Notes: generated by a model not told the origin, from the letters alone. DNA of 64,000 nucleotides from Rhizophagus irregularis (GCF_026210795.1 NC_089429.1:1798001-1862000); one strand, 5' to 3'. Positions 36,601-48,750 are shown, counted from the stretch's first letter. Made by a program: numbers and translations.

Positions 36601-39252
36601 TGGGAATGTGAGAAATTGATGACAAGAATAAATATGATAATCAAAAAAAGAGCTGGCCTAGCAAGATCAACTCCAAATTTTATAATTTATGATAAAGACA
36701 TTTTAGGTATAAAACATATTTACGACTTACAGATGGAAATGATATGTAAGAATTTGCTTTATCAGGCGAATGGAAATTACAAATTACAAATTTTATTTAA
36801 AATCAAAATGATCCAAGAACAGAAAAATATATGGACTTCGAGATGTCCTGGAGAAATAGAAATAACAAATTACAGGAAAAATAATTGGATCATATCAGCT
36901 CTAAAGGCGTTAAATAACGAAAAAATTAAAATATGTAATCATGAAATAAAAGATTTTAGAGAAAGCCACAGAATCAAAGGAGGAAAGACTGACCTAATTG
37001 ATTTAATGGAGTGTAAGGATTTTATAACAAGTACTCAATCAAGAAAAACAAAAAAAATAATGTTTTTAGAAGACATCCTAGAGGCAGACGGTATCACTTT
37101 ACTAAAATGGAAGCATTTATGTAAAGAAAGAGGAAAGAACACGAAAGGAAAATCGCCTAAATGGTTTAAAAAATTAGAATTGAAACTAATAGCAGACGAA
37201 AGTGGACAAGTAAGAAAAATAAGAAACGAGTTTATAGGACAAGCACAAAAAGAAAATATTCACATAAACTATTTTGATGAAGATGAAAAATCGGACAAAA
37301 ATAGTATTGTAACTTGGAACGACTACGGAGAATACCCGATATTTAGTATTAATAAAAAAAAATCGCAGAGTAAGAAATACAAAAGAATAGGAATACATTT
37401 AGAACTAGACGGAGATAGTTATGATCTAAACAATTCGCCTCAACTGAAGAAATGTCAAGGATGTTTTAGAAACATTAGTAAAAAAAAGGGGAGCAACGAA
37501 TGTCTAATATACATAGAAAACGAAATCTGTAGAAATTTAGATAGAAGAAAAGAAGAAGACTATATTAAACCGTACGAAACTCTAAATAATATTATAAAAA
37601 AGAATGAATGGTTACGAACGTATACAAAAGAAGATAAAAAAGATGAGTCATTTAACAAAAAAATAGAATTAATCGACAAAATAATTAACACGAATGACAA
37701 AAATTTTCTGGATATAATCAAAAACAGTATTTTCGAAGAAGAAGATAATTTGATTTCGATTACAAAACGAAGATTTTGTTTACTAATTAATACAAACAAA
37801 AAGAAATGGGAAATTAATAATAAAGGTAAAAGAGTTTATCGATATAATGTAGTATGGAAAATATTTGAACTGAATTACGAAGGAAAAGAGAGCGAGGAAG
37901 TGATCCTACTAGCGAGCTATGAATGTAATTACGAAAACGAATTCAAAATTATTCTTAGATGTATAATTTTAGGAATTATGATAATAAGTGAGAATAGCGA
38001 ATTAATTTTAGGAATAAACGAGAAAGTCAATAGACTAATAATTGAATTTACTAATAATTTTAGTAATAGGAAGAAAATAGATAGTGATTACTATTTAGAG
38101 CTTTTATTTTTAGAAAACTTTTTAGAAACAAATAATATTGAATTAATCGAAGGTAATGAGAAAATACAGAGAATCATAAAAGAAAAAAGAAAAGAGATGC
38201 AGGAAATGTTAAAGAACAATAAGATAGTAGATAAGATAAAATATAATTTTGAATTAATAGACGAAGGTTTAATTACGAATGAATATAATTTAATTTGGAA
38301 TAACAAATTAATAACAGGAGGATTCCGAGTTTGGAGGAAAGCAGTGACATTAGCAATTTGGAAAAATGAAATTTTAAACAGCGAGAGGTTAGAAGATCTA
38401 TTTATGTACAATTATAGAAACGAATTCGACTGGATCGCAAGTCTTGAATTTATTAGTAATAGAGTTAAATTTTCGCAAAGACAATGTGGTGATAGAGACA
38501 CAATTGAACGCTCATACAGAATCAAAAATTTACTTAAAGAATTGCCCACATATAACACTTTATTTAAAAGAAACACGAACAAAATTGATACAGATAAATG
38601 TATAAGATGTGGGAAAATCTTCACGGAAGATTGGGAACACATATGGATATGTGAAGATAACGATATATCAATTGATGAAATCATACGAGAATCACCATAT
38701 AATTTCGAAAAAGTTTTGGATAACTCTAACCAAACCGAAGAACTAAATATTTTAAGAAACTACAATTGTGAATTTATTAATATAATTGAAAGTCCTTCAA
38801 ATATTTTGTTGGGGAAAAGCAGAAAATGGGAATTATTAAGAGGGATTTATAATAATAAATTCAATGATTTATCTAAAGAGAAAAAAGTTAAAGATCTAAT
38901 CAAAAAGCTTTGGATGTTCACGTATGACGAGATTAAGAAACGAATATGGATACCACGATGCGAAGAAATTAAAAGATTAGAAGAAAGAGAACAAATTAAA
39001 AAAATAGATCTTAGAAGGAGAAGAGCCGCAAACGATGATATAGTAGAAGATGAAATCGACAAGGATATATTACCAGGAAAAATGAAAAAACAAAAAACAA
39101 AAGAAAATTTAGTTAAAAAAGAAAAAAATACAAATATAAATAGACAAATTAGCTTAGTAACGTTAGATAAATTGAAAGGATTAATCACAGAAGGTATTAA
39201 TATAGCTAAATCTTGGAATTCAACAATTAAATTAACGAACGCTCTAGTTTAG
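33625..39252 (+). CDS. LINE ORF2: AP endonuclease, reverse transcriptase, degenerate RNase H-like region and C-terminal zinc finger
   Basis: APE motifs INVRG, ETK, GDFN, SRIDFI, TDH. RT motifs KAPG, RPIVL, DISKAYDSV, GIDQG, AFMDD, YLG. C-terminal CIRC...HIWIC. Start uncertain (see findings). Confidence 0.95.
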   Translation: MKKILKENEEENITTNKTKKGKTYIKQKQQENNKKKEKHNKLKIGCINVRGMNDTKKQGDIRKFLSKENWDIAIINETKLKEAKGKYIYKGWDKYKCINSSYNNENNKNGIIIMIRRDIYDRGYKIETINGHVIKFDLLFKGNQKNIRIIGIYNPNNDKPTTNNIEKHLAKWMNEAINLEYETIILGDFNESANNKKKLKPLTNTIKNHGLQDIHESLTVAEDRLDTWKSGDNSSRIDFIFASEGFQESIISHEILEIEDFDTDHKALTVKIEIKEKLGINKPGFMKEIKKEIRHIKLEQEDWKEIAEEVETRLETLDQNTTQHLNREMIWKTIVDIYDEEKNRQLIKIRKRKEDSKKDRDESLMKTNEERLEELITEYENLEKIDTIEHGISKITDKVIKKLWQDRKAFQYKYNFKEFEETIIIEQWGTTDTGKHNAVKLGKLINIHDRLEKNIEYGITIDKLRKYRNRKDLKERRTKRAEIMRSLYVEINSLNIEINIRKRETYLEEDIGKMLNRILEKKREKINMTGLVIKENGRITIEKDKKKIKDKVLKHNKDWTKKREIDLDELEYDPEWREIYTPNEDINENIYKNLMTPIRMEELERVLQNLKTNKAPGSSGITYDFWKKSGNLTRNLLLNIFNDSMAKENVTDEWKKGFIYPINKTSRSNWNQDLNLTRPIVLLETARKIWFKILVNRLGEILTKEQILTNTNFAALKNESTLEPIKIIQAIIEDANNYKKEAWILLMDISKAYDSVNTTMLKRSLERIKLPPNFINIVMDVNLNRFNRVLVNNELTDEYHVEDGIDQGEVWSPILWRIFYDPLLSRLNEMKEETGYNFYEEKLIDNNKKDKEILEISINVTAFMDDTTLISKNKKQLEKMIEICHQFFNINDIKANVSKYELIKINNDKEELLIKGESITKTNSEEGNRYLGIFFRYDNKREIYKKKITSIINNACNIFNWKRLNEKQIIAVWNIVIIPRIEYQLAAIVLKKWECEKLMTRINMIIKKRAGLARSTPNFIIYDKDILGIKHIYDLQMEMICKNLLYQANGNYKLQILFKIKMIQEQKNIWTSRCPGEIEITNYRKNNWIISALKALNNEKIKICNHEIKDFRESHRIKGGKTDLIDLMECKDFITSTQSRKTKKIMFLEDILEADGITLLKWKHLCKERGKNTKGKSPKWFKKLELKLIADESGQVRKIRNEFIGQAQKENIHINYFDEDEKSDKNSIVTWNDYGEYPIFSINKKKSQSKKYKRIGIHLELDGDSYDLNNSPQLKKCQGCFRNISKKKGSNECLIYIENEICRNLDRRKEEDYIKPYETLNNIIKKNEWLRTYTKEDKKDESFNKKIELIDKIINTNDKNFLDIIKNSIFEEEDNLISITKRRFCLLINTNKKKWEINNKGKRVYRYNVVWKIFELNYEGKESEEVILLASYECNYENEFKIILRCIILGIMIISENSELILGINEKVNRLIIEFTNNFSNRKKIDSDYYLELLFLENFLETNNIELIEGNEKIQRIIKEKRKEMQEMLKNNKIVDKIKYNFELIDEGLITNEYNLIWNNKLITGGFRVWRKAVTLAIWKNEILNSERLEDLFMYNYRNEFDWIASLEFISNRVKFSQRQCGDRDTIERSYRIKNLLKELPTYNTLFKRNTNKIDTDKCIRCGKIFTEDWEHIWICEDNDISIDEIIRESPYNFEKVLDNSNQTEELNILRNYNCEFINIIESPSNILLGKSRKWELLRGIYNNKFNDLSKEKKVKDLIKKLWMFTYDEIKKRIWIPRCEEIKRLEEREQIKKIDLRRRRAANDDIVEDEIDKDILPGKMKKQKTKENLVKKEKNTNINRQISLVTLDKLKGLITEGINIAKSWNSTIKLTNALV

Positions 39253-39879
39253 ATTTAGTTTAGCGATATTTAGATATAGCGTGAAATTTTTATTACGATT
39301 TTTACGATAGATTTAGGTGATTTAGTTATAGTTCGATAAATACTTAGTTATAGGGTTTGAATTTTTCAAGCTCTAGGTGTTTACTTTTAATTATGTAATT
39401 TATTGTATAAATTCAAATAATTAATAAACGCGTTACTATTTAAAAAAAAAAAAAAAAAAATCTACTTTGCTATATAAAAAATATTGTGCGACAGAGTGCG
39501 ACAAATATCGGAGATACAGTATGTATATCTTTTATATAATCACCAAATTTGTGATCATACAGAGGGCAGAACGTATTCATTAATTTAAAAAAAGTTATTA
39601 ATCATATTAATTCACCATTTCTTTTTTTTTTGTTTTAAATGGTATTTATTACCGAATTTTATTAGTATAAGATGCAGAACTTACACCGGAAAACCCGTAT
39701 AACCTACATTTATGCGCATCGAATAGATGTCACCCCTGTGATACCACGCCATTGTTATCCTAACTACGAACAATGTTACCGACCTACTCCTTTAGTTCGG
39801 CTATTGTAAAAAATAACAGTTACACCTTTTTTACTTAGAATTAAATTAACCCCAAAAATAATAACAATACACAAATTTG

Positions 39880-41430
39880 AAATGGTCATTTTGCTAGCTA
39901 AATTTGACATCGTGGTACATACGTACATTTTTTGTAAAAAATTACCATCTACGATACCTAGAAAAACCTACATTCACGAAAACTATCCTAAAAACTTACC
40001 ACCCTTTAAATACCCGATAACACTACGCATGTGTCACTCATCAAAAAAATTTTTTCGAGATAACATTTTTCAAAACTCATCTTCCGTTCCCACCTCATCA
40101 TCGACGCCTCATGACAAAGTTTGGCACGCCAATCAAGTATATAATAAATGGCGTTCCAAAAAGAAAACTCAAGTTTTTTTCAAATAGACTCGGTATATCG
40201 TATATGGTCTCGTACCGACCAATAAATACAAAAAGTAGTTGACCAAGGTTCGCGTTATATGTACAAAAAATTTTTTGATGGCTTCAAATGCCTATCACCG
40301 ACCAAATCACGTACAAAGAAAAGACAAGACAAGCGCTTCGAACGTCATTGTAGAAGAATCTTCAAACCTTCGAACAATACATCTCTTTCATCCTTGGATG
40401 ATCGTATATTTCAAGCTCGTAAACATCGTCTTATTCCTTGAATCACAATACATAGCAAAACCTATACAACATCTTAAATCCTACAAGTCGTCGGATGTTG
40501 TTAAACAAAACCAAAAGAGTACCCGTTTAAGACGCCTCTCTACGCTCTCAAAGCAGGTCCACGTCCTCCACTAGCCAAGAATATCGAAGCTACCTTACCG
40601 GACTCTACTAATACTTTTAAGACATCAAGCCCAAGTACTAGTACAACCAGTAACACCCCTTCTTTCTCGGAGATAGTTTCAACCAACAACGGAGTTTGAC
40701 TCTGATATACCACTTGAAGTCTACGCCGCGATGGAGCTTGCTCAGAATGATCGAGGTATAGCCTTAGATAAAATTGATGCCCGAGACTTTGGCACCTCGT
40801 ACAAACACTATTTTTACCGAATGTACCACTAAACCTGGAAAACGAGCACGGCTAGAAGAGGAATTCAAATAATTTACTACAAATTACCGTACAATTTTTA
40901 ATGAAGAAATCTTCTCTGACACATCAGAGGAAACAGCGACGTTAGAATATCGTCCCCTCAAACAACCACAACTAATAATTCAATTTGGATTCACATATTC
41001 TCGATCACCAACTAAAGAAACTATGTCCAGCTATTGATATCTCAGAAGATGACTTGACGATCGCTGGACCTTCATAATTATCCCTTTTTAAGTCACATCA
41101 TACCCTATAGTCTATTTTTTTAACGGTTAATTTTATCACTTTTAACAAACAACTTAAAATAGTGTGAATCATTTTACCTCTTGCCGTATTTACAGGTAAC
41201 GTCCTCGGGTGAAAGAAAAATAGGGTCCCTAGGTCTTTAGTCTTGGATTGTTTCCTCTAGTTTGTTCTTATAGCGTAGTTCTATTTTTTCAAACATTTTT
41301 AAATCGAAGGGTGAGGTCCTCTCTTGGGGGGATGACGACCACCGATCTACTACTTAGATAGTCATTTTGTATCCAATACTTGACCTTTAAATGTATTAAA
41401 CCTTTGTTACTACTCTTTTAGAAATAAAAA
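39880..41430 (+). pseudogene. Frameshifted relic of a probably multi-copy, retroelement-associated hypothetical gene
   Basis: Colinear fragments in different frames: WHANQVYNKW.., RLGISY.., MYKKFFDGF...RQDKRFERHCRRIF...ARKHR, LFLESQYIAKPIQHLK. C-rich composition and a GC-rich 3' stem-loop near 41310-41345. Family assignment is from recall only. Confidence 0.55.
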
Positions 41431-41988
41431 ATTGCACTATTTGATTGGCCAATAAATATCGTCATCATATGGCAACTAAACGTGACGAACAGACGCACGA
41501 AATAAAGAAAGCAGTTAATATCTTCCATAACTATACAAAAAATACGAAAAATTGGGAGGGAAAAAAATCAGAAGAGATAATTCAATCCTTAAAATTTAGT
41601 GATGAATAATCATTCTTGCTGCGGCAAGTATGTCAAGTATGTTCAACTGCTTTTTAAGCCAAAAGTAAAAAAAGAGATCGGCGTTTAAATTTTTTTATCA
41701 ATTATGCAAAACTTGAAATACTGATTATTTTTTGTGTCACTCCATACAGACTTTTTATAAGGAATTTGTGTTTGGGCATTTTATTTTATTTTATTTTTTT
41801 TTAAAAAAAAAAAGAAAAAATGTTTAAATAATAATAACAATACTTAGAATTATACATTTGTTTACGATGAGATATTCCTTGTTCGACATATTAATTTTGT
41901 ACGACCACGGAATTACAATTCCGATAATTCCGAACCGATATAATATGAAATTAAACAATTTCCTCCCTTTCCTTCCGTCATTTGCAAT

Positions 41989-43509
41989 ATGGCACGTTCG
42001 AAAATATTTTCAGGAGATTTACCTGAATTATTAGATAAAATTATGAGATATTGTAATGATATTTCAACTTTATATTCATGTATTTTAGTTAATAGAACAT
42101 GGTGTCGTATAGCAATCCCATTATTATGGGAAGATCCATTTTCTTTTCATGATCATCGTATTATTGATTGTCATTTACGCAATTCAAGTGAAAATGATAA
42201 AATGAAATTAAAAGAATATGGAATTAAAAATGATTTGTCTTCAAATACATTATTTAATTATCCGAGTTTTATTAAATGTTTAGACACGCAGGATTTACTT
42301 TACTGTATTAATAAATGGGTTGTATCTACCAGTAGTACCTTAATAAATTCTTTAAATTTAACAAGGTTAATTTATAAGTTATTATTTGAAATATTCATTG
42401 AAAATGAAGCAAATTTGCATACCTTTAAAGTTGAAATAGGTAGAGATAGAAATCTCATCGAATTAATATTACAAAATTCAAATTTTATTAATAATGTTAA
42501 AAATTTAATAATTCAAGTTTTTCCTAGAAATGCTGATAATTTAACAAAGACTGAAAAGGATATTATTATTGAACATACATCTCGTATGATTAATTCACAA
42601 AAGAATCTCAAAAAAATTAATTTTCGTTCTATTGAATCTTTTTTATATGATTCATTATTATCATTGAAAAATTCTAATTGTTCAAATACTTTAAAAACTA
42701 TTATGTTTTATAATGTTAATTTTGGTAATATTTTAATTCTTAAAGAAGTAATTGAACATTTAAACGTTTTAGAATCTATTCATATGATTTATTGTCGATC
42801 TTTAAATTCTGGTTTTATTCAACAAATTAATAATATCAACAAACCATTTAAATTAAGGTCTTTATTTATAGGAAATAGTAGATCATATCAAATTAATTCA
42901 ATTCAATTATTATTACAAAAATCTGGTATTTATTTAGAAAATTTTGGATTTAATTTTGAATATAATGGATCAAAAAAAATACTTAAATTAATTACAAAAT
43001 ATTGTACAAGAATTAAATTTTTAGAATTACCAGGATTTATTAATCGAAAAATTTATTCTGTATTTGATTTAATTAAAAGTATTGGACAAAATCTTAATTA
43101 TCTTGATATTATTTTTCATGGAATGTATATTGATTATTATGGTGAAGAGTTAACTAAGATTAGTTCAACCATATTAAAAAGTTTAGGAAAATTTCTCCCT
43201 CTTAGAATAAAATATTTACATTTATTTCTTTATGATATTACAGCGAAAGATTTCGAAATATTTTTAAGAAGTTCTCATAAAACTTTTATTGAAAAATTAT
43301 TAATCAATTATATTAAAACGGAAGATAAAGATATTTTACCTAATTTATTAGATAAATATATTATAAAAAGGAAAAGAGTCAGTTATTTGGGATTTATAGA
43401 TGATTTATTTTATTTAGAAGAGGAATACAAGTCATATAATGTTATAATTAAGGATTACTATGATTTAGTACATACCGGATTTTATGACTGTATAAATGAG
43501 TGGTATTGA
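41989..43509 (+). CDS. F-box-like domain protein (paralogue 3)
   Basis: 506-aa ORF MARSKIFSGDLPELLDKIM...SCILVNRTWCRIAIPLLWEDPF. Confidence 0.9.
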   Translation: MARSKIFSGDLPELLDKIMRYCNDISTLYSCILVNRTWCRIAIPLLWEDPFSFHDHRIIDCHLRNSSENDKMKLKEYGIKNDLSSNTLFNYPSFIKCLDTQDLLYCINKWVVSTSSTLINSLNLTRLIYKLLFEIFIENEANLHTFKVEIGRDRNLIELILQNSNFINNVKNLIIQVFPRNADNLTKTEKDIIIEHTSRMINSQKNLKKINFRSIESFLYDSLLSLKNSNCSNTLKTIMFYNVNFGNILILKEVIEHLNVLESIHMIYCRSLNSGFIQQINNINKPFKLRSLFIGNSRSYQINSIQLLLQKSGIYLENFGFNFEYNGSKKILKLITKYCTRIKFLELPGFINRKIYSVFDLIKSIGQNLNYLDIIFHGMYIDYYGEELTKISSTILKSLGKFLPLRIKYLHLFLYDITAKDFEIFLRSSHKTFIEKLLINYIKTEDKDILPNLLDKYIIKRKRVSYLGFIDDLFYLEEEYKSYNVIIKDYYDLVHTGFYDCINEWY

Positions 43510-43769
43510 ATATCATTATTTCCGTCTTTGTAATTTAACTTTTTTATATAAATAAAATAAATTTCAATTTTGAAAATTCTATTCATATGGGTAATAGTAG
43601 AATATACAGTGTAAATAAAATCTATCAGACTGACTTGTCTAACCGTCACCGACCACGTGATTGACGAGATCGCGTTGCTTATATTTATCTCAGCGACTTT
43701 TTTTTTTGAGTGATGCCTATTCGCCCATTCGCCACCACGTAAGTGTATTTATTTGAATGCGATTACAGT

Positions 43770-44030
43770 ATAACAGGACCCGAAATATATATGTAGAATT
43801 TAATAGCTGTACGCATATTTTTCAGGGCCGAAATTATGTTAATGTCAGTCAGTTATTAAAATAGATAATAAATTTTGACTGGAATTATCTAAAAGAGGAA
43901 GATCTACGCGATTTTTGTTGGGAGTCGATAATTGAAAAAAAAAATACATGAACATCACAAAATGAAAGAGATCGGCGGGCTGAAATAAAAATAAAAGAAA
44001 TGATCTACATGTTATTTTTGGTTCTATTGT
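43770..44030 (+). promoter_or_regulatory. Conserved upstream module shared by F-box-like paralogues
   Basis: aggaccc..atatata / ttcagggccgaaattatg / gatctac / gagatcggc blocks recur at 61920-62045 (upstream of paralogue 6) and at 47440-47570 (no adjacent gene). Confidence 0.5.
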
Positions 44031-44118
44031 TGTCTTTTTATGGAATACTAAAATTGTACAACTTCGAAAAATTATATAATGAAACTTTATAAAAATCATA
44101 ACATCCTTCTTTTTCAAT

Positions 44119-45756
44119 ATGGCATGCTCAAAAATATTTTCAGGAGATTTACCTGAATTAACAAAAGAAATTATACAATATTTTAGAAAAGATTTTTTAA
44201 CATTACATTCATGTATTTTAGTTAATAGACTATGGTGTCGTTTAGCCATTCCATTATTATGGGAAGATCCATTTTCAAAGGATTATCCCAAAAATTACCA
44301 CTTCATTGAAATTTACTTTTCTAAATTAAATGAAAATGATAAAACAAAATTTAATGAATATGGAATTAAATTTGATTTATTACATTCAAATACGTTATTC
44401 AATTATCCTAGTTTTATTAAATACTTGGATACAAATAAAATTTGGCATTCTATTAAATATTGGGTTGATCTCTTAGTGGATGAATATGGTGGTGAGCTAG
44501 AAAATAAGTTACTAAACTTAGTTTATAGGTCATTATTTAAAGTGTTTATTGAAAATGAAGGAAATTTATATTCTTTTGAAATTAGTCGTTGTTATGATAA
44601 ATATCTTAATGATAATATAGACTTGATTTTACAAAATCCAAATTTAACATACAATATAAGAAATTTAAGATTATCTAATGATTCTATTTCATTTCAAAAT
44701 ATTATTCCATTTTTTAAATTTTTATGTTTTAATTGCAACTCAATCTCATCAATTGTTTTTGAATTTCTTACCAACAATAGTTCAATAATTGAACATTTAT
44801 CACAAATTATTATTCCACAAAATAATCTTAAAAAAATTTCATTTGAACTTAATACTAGTACTTTATATAAACCATTTTTATCATTAAAAACTTCTAATTG
44901 TTCAAATACTTTAAATATAATTATATTTTATTATATTGATTTTAAGAATATAATTAGTATTTTACAAGAGGTTTTTAATCAATTGAATGTTTTAGAATCC
45001 ATCCATATTCTTTATTGTGGGTCTTTAAATTCTGATTTTGTTCAACAAATTATTAAGGTTATTAAACCTTTTAAATTGAGATCTTTGTTTATGAATGATA
45101 TATTAAATGTTGAACCATTACAATTACTATTACAGAAATTTGGTGATTGTTTAGAAAATTTTGGATTTGAAGTTAATAGTCGTTACAGAGATGATAGCAA
45201 AGATTACGAACAAGAAGATAACCAACGACAATTATTTAAATTAATTATGAAATATTGTACAAAGATTAGATATCTTAATTCGAGTATACCTTATGATAAT
45301 AATATTTATCCATTCATTGAAAATAATCAACATAATATTAATTATATTACTATTGAAAAAGATTATTTAGATGAAGATACTAATTATAGTTCAACTGTAT
45401 TACAAAATTTAGGTCAGGTTCTTCCTTCTAAATTAGAATATTTATATTTAGGCTTTACTTTTAGGACAGATGATCTGGAAATATTTTTAAATTATTCACA
45501 AAATACTTTTATTAAGAAATTATTAATTAAAGATAAAGGTTTACATATAAATGAAGATATTTTATCTTGTATAAAGAAATATATTATTGAGAAGGAAAGG
45601 GTTAAATATTTGGCTATTTCTCCTAATATCACGAATTATGAATTGTTTTCTTTAAAAAACGAAGTAAATGAATTTAAATTACATAATATTATAGTTCAAA
45701 GATTCCTTGATTTATATACTGATGCATATAGTTTAATAAATGATCATTTACTATAA
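44119..45756 (+). CDS. F-box-like domain protein (paralogue 4)
   Basis: 545-aa ORF MACSKIFSGDLPELTKEIIQYF...SCILVNRLWCRLAIPLLWEDPF. Confidence 0.9.
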   Translation: MACSKIFSGDLPELTKEIIQYFRKDFLTLHSCILVNRLWCRLAIPLLWEDPFSKDYPKNYHFIEIYFSKLNENDKTKFNEYGIKFDLLHSNTLFNYPSFIKYLDTNKIWHSIKYWVDLLVDEYGGELENKLLNLVYRSLFKVFIENEGNLYSFEISRCYDKYLNDNIDLILQNPNLTYNIRNLRLSNDSISFQNIIPFFKFLCFNCNSISSIVFEFLTNNSSIIEHLSQIIIPQNNLKKISFELNTSTLYKPFLSLKTSNCSNTLNIIIFYYIDFKNIISILQEVFNQLNVLESIHILYCGSLNSDFVQQIIKVIKPFKLRSLFMNDILNVEPLQLLLQKFGDCLENFGFEVNSRYRDDSKDYEQEDNQRQLFKLIMKYCTKIRYLNSSIPYDNNIYPFIENNQHNINYITIEKDYLDEDTNYSSTVLQNLGQVLPSKLEYLYLGFTFRTDDLEIFLNYSQNTFIKKLLIKDKGLHINEDILSCIKKYIIEKERVKYLAISPNITNYELFSLKNEVNEFKLHNIIVQRFLDLYTDAYSLINDHLL

Positions 45757-48750
45757 TTTTAATAAATAAAGACTTGCGTATTTTATTTTAAAAATAAAAG
45801 TTGTATTCCAATTTATTAATGTGAATATGGAAAAAACCTCTAGATTCCCAACCAATCCTAATTGGCGCTAAATGAACAGTACCCGCCGCAACAAATCCGT
45901 GTTATGTTTGATTATGAAAAAGCAAGCCTTTTATTTACATTTATTAAAGTAAACCACTAAAATTATTTAATATAAAAATCAGCACCAAAGTATATAGAAT
46001 GTCTAGTAACTCAAGAAACATATAAATAATTTGCAAGTGTGTGTTATTAAAATTAATCATTATTAAAAATGAACATTGGCATCTTTTGCATTATATTATT
46101 ACTAAGCAAGTGGAAAAGCCATATTTAACATCTTGTTACCATTAATTCTTTCTAATCGTATGTCCCGATTTTCCACTATATTTTATTATTTTATACAGTA
46201 TCTATCTAGAACCACCATCACTCTTAATTTATGTCGTCTCTTTTTCTCTTTTTCTAGAATCTATTATGATGAATATTAGATTTAGATCGGGTCGCGGTCA
46301 GGCCCGGTCCAAAAAAGACCAGTCTATCGATCTTTTGACCATTCGTAAGACTGACTAGTCCTTAAAATATTTTATTTATAACAGCGGTATAATTAGGTTG
46401 ATCAGCAAGAAAAAATTTTTCTTATTCATAATAAAATATTGAAATTAATTTGTTATACAAAATTTCGAAAAATATGATAAGATTTTTATTACTAAACGTT
46501 CTAATTGAATCAAGAATCTTTTTTTTTTTTAAAAAAAAATAATATTCTTACGCTTAATATTGTTTATTTTTTTTATTTTGTAAATTTCTTAATAACCTAT
46601 CTATAATAGATAGAGCGGGGAGAATAATGAATAGAACGGAAGTTAGTACACAACTTTAATTAAATATTAAATAAATTTATTCAAAATAATAATATTTTTC
46701 TGCTCATAAATTTCATTTGATCTATATCAGATATCAAAATATCAATTGACTGCGCTAGTGAATTAATTTAAACAATATTATATTAAAATGACAAATTAAA
46801 AACATTATCCTTGCTTAAATAATACAAATATCTGTAGCGAGTCTAAATACTCAAACAATATGAAAAAAATTGAAAAAAAGCAAATATTCGTAATAACTTT
46901 TTTCTTTTAGGTAATGCCACCCAGATCTACTGGCTTGGCCAGAATTAAGATAATTGTATCTAAAATCCGCATCTTAACACTAACGCGTGTCAGTAATTTA
47001 ATGAGGCTGGAGACTGGACTATATCTCTATATAGCATACAATTTACAAATTCAACACATATTTTTAATGTAATATCTAAATTTAATAAATATTTTTATGA
47101 ATTTCACACAATATAATAAAGTAACATGAGAAAATTTTTCAAAATCATCACCATAACATGAAGTTTTGACCACAAAAAGCAGAGCATCATAAACGATTCC
47201 AGGATCTTAATAGAACATCATCAATTTAAGAACTAAATTAAGGTCAGAAGAATCTAATTTTACTGTACCATTTTAATTTACAAATATATGACGCGTGGTT
47301 CAAGCCGAATAACAGTTTAACATTGATCAGCAATGCAATGAAATAAGGCCGCACTAAAATTTGTCATTAATTTATTATTTATTACCTTTACTTTCATTGT
47401 AATCTAAGTATGGCTATATTTACTAAATAAAGTTGTATAACTAGGCCCGAGTTATATATATATAGGTCAGGGGAGATCGGCACACATTTACTACGCATTT
47501 CTTCAGGGCCGGCACTATGTAATGCTGGCGGCATTAACCACAAATGGAAACGATCTACATGATTTTGGCTCATTCTGAGCAAATAGGTCCTGTATAACTA
47601 TTGCTCAACAATTATATAAACTTTTTTTAATCTAGATTGGGAGGTATTAAAGTAAACCTTTGACGCTCCAAACCTAAAATTTAAACGATTTTAAAAAGTT
47701 TTTTTAGAACTCGAGCTAATATAAAATATTGAACAAGAAAAAATTCTCACTTTAGTAGAATCATAAAAGTTTTCTTTTATAGCGGAAGCATTAGAAAATT
47801 AGAAGCTATTCATACTGAAAAGAACCATATTCATCCACCACATTTAACTAATAAAAATATGAACAATCTGAACTTTTGTTATCAACAAACAATTATGAAT
47901 TAATATCGAAAATATCATTAATTTAAATCATTGTTTCTTCGGTTATAACTGCATTATTGCTTTCGCAAATTTTACGAGCGAATTTACGTTTTAAAATTTT
48001 AAGAGACTTAGAGAAGAATTTTTTGACCTTATTATGTGATTTATATTGTTTAGGCCAGAATTCATTACCATCTAGTTTCTGGGAAATTTCGGCAGGATGA
48101 GAATGATCATTTTGTGTAATAATAAATTCAGGGATGAATTTTTTATCAAAGATCGAAAAGTTGATATTGAAAATATTAGTTTGCATATTAATGAGAATTT
48201 CCAAAAAGAATTTTGCAAAAGCAGTGCTTTCTTTTATAACTATTTTTTTTGGTTTTTGTTCTCATTAAAAAAGAAAACTTTGTTCCAAGTTTATCAAGAA
48301 GCTATTATTATTTCCGAACAAAAAGAAAATCATACATAAATATTTGTAAGCTACAAGCTACAGTATTACAAACAGTATACGGTACTTTTAAATATTTTGA
48401 AGTAATTCATTATTAAATTATTTAGGAGGTTCTTGTTAAGATGACAGAATTACCATGTAGATTTTTCCTTTTTTGAATAATTCCGACCAGAATTATACGT
48501 CGCTTGCCCTTCTGGGACATGATTTTATTTAAATGTCACAGATCTGCTCGGGTCCCGGCCAAAGTTCAGGTTTTAATGTAATCGTTTTCGAGTTAATTAA
48601 TAAAGTAATCATATAAGGCGAATAAAAGTGAGAGATAATTGATCAATTACATTGTTAAACCTTATTATATTGTACTTGTGAATTTAAGTGTTTCTTGTTA
48701 TATATTAAAAATATTGCGTTAAATCATTTATATTTCTTTGTTAAAAATTA

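Larger units (their letters stand above)
31379..39460 (+). mobile_element. Full-length non-LTR retrotransposon (LINE; APE-type, two ORFs)
   Basis: 14-bp TSD TCTACTTTGCTATA at 31365-31378 and 39461-39474. AATAAA at 39423, A19 tail at 39442-39460. Strongly A-rich plus strand. ORF1 + ORF2. Confidence 0.96.
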
